Part shown: one piece after another, positions 62,410 to 64,000 of the stretch
Numbering within the stretch: the stretch's first letter is position 1
How the letters are laid out: every line of letters begins with the position of its first letter
IMG/VR virus record: IMGVR_UViG_3300027850_000002
Span: 64,001-128,000 of that record
Reading direction: 5' to 3' (one strand)
DNA: 64,000 nt
Source of the DNA: a virus
Program-made: the position numbers and the translations under genes
Notes under the pieces: model-generated
What the model was told of the DNA's origin: nothing
The model's database searches: none
The model's input: the letters and a program-made list of their open reading frames with translations, nothing else

Positions 62410-62684
62410 TGACGCTCAAGCACGCGTACGCGAGAGGTTGTCGAGCGGCGCTCGAGAAGTTCGCGCTCGATCCTCCAACCGCTGTTGACGCGTTCATGGG
62501 CGCGGTGGAATCAGGCAAGGATGTTGCGCCTGAACCGGCATTGCCGCCGATGTCTCATGCACCCGGCGAGATGCTTCCTGCACTCGACGGCACGACGCCA
62601 CTCTCGACGTCGCCGCCCATGTCGCCGGACCTCGGTTCCACCATCGGTGCACCGCCACCACCCATGATGGGCGCGCTGGGCTGA
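62409..62684 (+). CDS. Small Pro-rich protein with shared N-terminal signal motif
   Basis: KHAYARGCRAALEKFA. Confidence 0.7.
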   Translation: MTLKHAYARGCRAALEKFALDPPTAVDAFMGAVESGKDVAPEPALPPMSHAPGEMLPALDGTTPLSTSPPMSPDLGSTIGAPPPPMMGALG

Positions 62685-62688
62685 TGTG

Positions 62689-64000
62689 ATGATCGGCAAG
62701 GGCTGGCTCAAGTTTGCGATCCTTGGAAGCACGTATGCACGGGCGCTCGAGAATGCGAACACGCGCGCAGGACGCCCTGGCGGAATGTTCTCGTCGATTG
62801 CAGAACAGCCACTGGCCAAACTCAAGCCAGGCGCATCAGCGTATGTGCGTGCGCCCGGTGCGCTGACGCCGACCGCAGACCAACGCGGCATGCAACAGAT
62901 GCTCGCGAAAACGCCGTGGGCGGGTGATGACCATGGTGGGTCGCCGCACGCCGAAGCGACGTACAACGCGCTGTTGAAACGTCGGGGTATGGACGTGAAG
63001 ACGCCGGGCGGCGATACGAACGCGCAAATCGCGAAGAGCTTCGGGGTCGGAGCCCGTGAACCGTCCGAATCCCATACCGCAGTGACGCGTAAAACGGACC
63101 TGCAGGGCCGGGCAGCGCAGACGCCGGACGGACGGAACCCACTCGAACATCAAGACCGTCGACTGCGAACGCCCAATCCAATGGGTGCGGGGGCTGTTGA
63201 GGACGTGCATCAGGCGCGTCCTATCCAACGGGAACGTCCGCGCGAGCCGCTACCCATGGAACGACACCGCCCGCTTCCTCCGATGCAGCAGGCGGCTCCA
63301 ATGGCTGCGCCCATGCCTGCTGCACACAGCAGCGCAGCCACCAACGTGCTCACGGCGCCGCGCCCACCACAGCGGAACATTGCGACGAGTGTCATGAAGG
63401 CGGGGGCTGCTCAATTCAAGATCGCCGGTCCGCTCGCGACGGCCGTGGGCATCGGTATCCCGCTGGCTGTCGGCGGAAGCATGCTCGCGGGTAAGCCGGG
63501 CATTCAGTCGAACATCAAGAACCTGTTCGCGGGCAAAGGCACGACGGAGGAACAGGACAAAACGAACGAGCTGCCCGCAGGCGCGTTGCGACAAGCAGAC
63601 GCAGTCCATCAAACACTGTTGGCTCGCGGGTTCGACCCGACGTCGATGCGCATCGGGATTGACGCGCCACCCGGTTCCGGCAAGACGACGCTAGCGCGCG
63701 CGCTCGCTCACCGCACCGGCATGAAGCACTACGGCCTCGACTGGGAGCCCGGCAATGCCTGGAAGTCGACGATTGGTCTGGGTCGTAACGTCGAGAAGAT
63801 GCCGCACGCGCCTCGAGCGGGCGAGATCATGGAGCACTACCTGCTCAACCGTACACACGATCCGGAACTGTTCGACGCTCAGATCCACTTGCGTAGAGAC
63901 CCGAACATCATCCGTCAGCAGCTCAACCATCGCGGCAACGCCGCATACATCGGGGACATGATGGACCTCGACAAGTCGCTCGCCGTTGCCGACCTTGGCT
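62689..64000 (+). CDS. Partial protein (runs off window end; not in ORF track) with a C-terminal P-loop nucleoside/nucleotide-kinase-like domain
   Basis: Open from ATG 62689 to 64000; LKFA and FKIA sites; IGIDAPPGSGKTTLARALA at about 63652-63708. Confidence 0.7.
   Translation, partial: MIGKGWLKFAILGSTYARALENANTRAGRPGGMFSSIAEQPLAKLKPGASAYVRAPGALTPTADQRGMQQMLAKTPWAGDDHGGSPHAEATYNALLKRRGMDVKTPGGDTNAQIAKSFGVGAREPSESHTAVTRKTDLQGRAAQTPDGRNPLEHQDRRLRTPNPMGAGAVEDVHQARPIQRERPREPLPMERHRPLPPMQQAAPMAAPMPAAHSSAATNVLTAPRPPQRNIATSVMKAGAAQFKIAGPLATAVGIGIPLAVGGSMLAGKPGIQSNIKNLFAGKGTTEEQDKTNELPAGALRQADAVHQTLLARGFDPTSMRIGIDAPPGSGKTTLARALAHRTGMKHYGLDWEPGNAWKSTIGLGRNVEKMPHAPRAGEIMEHYLLNRTHDPELFDAQIHLRRDPNIIRQQLNHRGNAAYIGDMMDLDKSLAVADLG

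Larger units (their letters stand above)
1..64000. mobile_element. Segment of a large contractile-tailed phage genome (or prophage) encoding its own multisubunit-type RNA polymerase
   Basis: Terminase, portal, prohead protease, capsid, sheath, tube, spike, holin/endolysin, DNA polymerase and primase in a dense gene array with overlapping stop/start codons; no host housekeeping genes. Confidence 0.95.

Noticed and set aside
1-64000. Stop-codon reassignment (seen in some large phages)
   Set aside because: Conserved genes are full length in the standard code, and TAA, TAG and TGA are all used as stops

Overview
The whole window is part of a large, GC-rich tailed dsDNA phage genome with a contractile tail (myovirus type). 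No host housekeeping operons, tRNAs or CRISPR arrays were seen. The left part (1-23 kb, mostly minus strand) holds replication, recombination and regulation genes: a MoxR-like AAA+ ATPase and VWA/metallopeptidase pair, a DEDDh exonuclease, a family-A DNA polymerase with an N-terminal UDG-like domain, a primase-ATPase fusion, two Cas4/RecB-like nucleases, an SNF2 helicase and a sigma70-family factor. An intein-containing large terminase and an HNH nuclease lie on the plus strand. The right part (23-64 kb, plus strand) is a late/virion block. It contains the portal, a phage multisubunit-type RNA polymerase encoded as a beta + beta'(N-half) fusion plus a separate beta'(C-half), many head-associated proteins, a prohead protease, major capsid, neck, sheath, tube, spike and a lysis cassette. 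Four observations stand out. (i) At least 12 otherwise unrelated proteins share a short, mostly N-terminal helix motif, A[YHF]xxGxxxALxxF(Gx)Kx[ASG], which looks like a capsid-loading signal ending in a protease site. (ii) K-x-A motifs are dense in head proteins and also flank a loop insertion in the RNAP, which suggests a protease-matured cargo system that may include the polymerase. (iii) The RNAP is fused and re-split and is predicted to be rifampicin-insensitive. (iv) A recurrent CCTAT[A/C]AT promoter motif precedes late genes and often implies leaderless mRNAs. All functional calls come from motif recognition by eye; no database searches were run.
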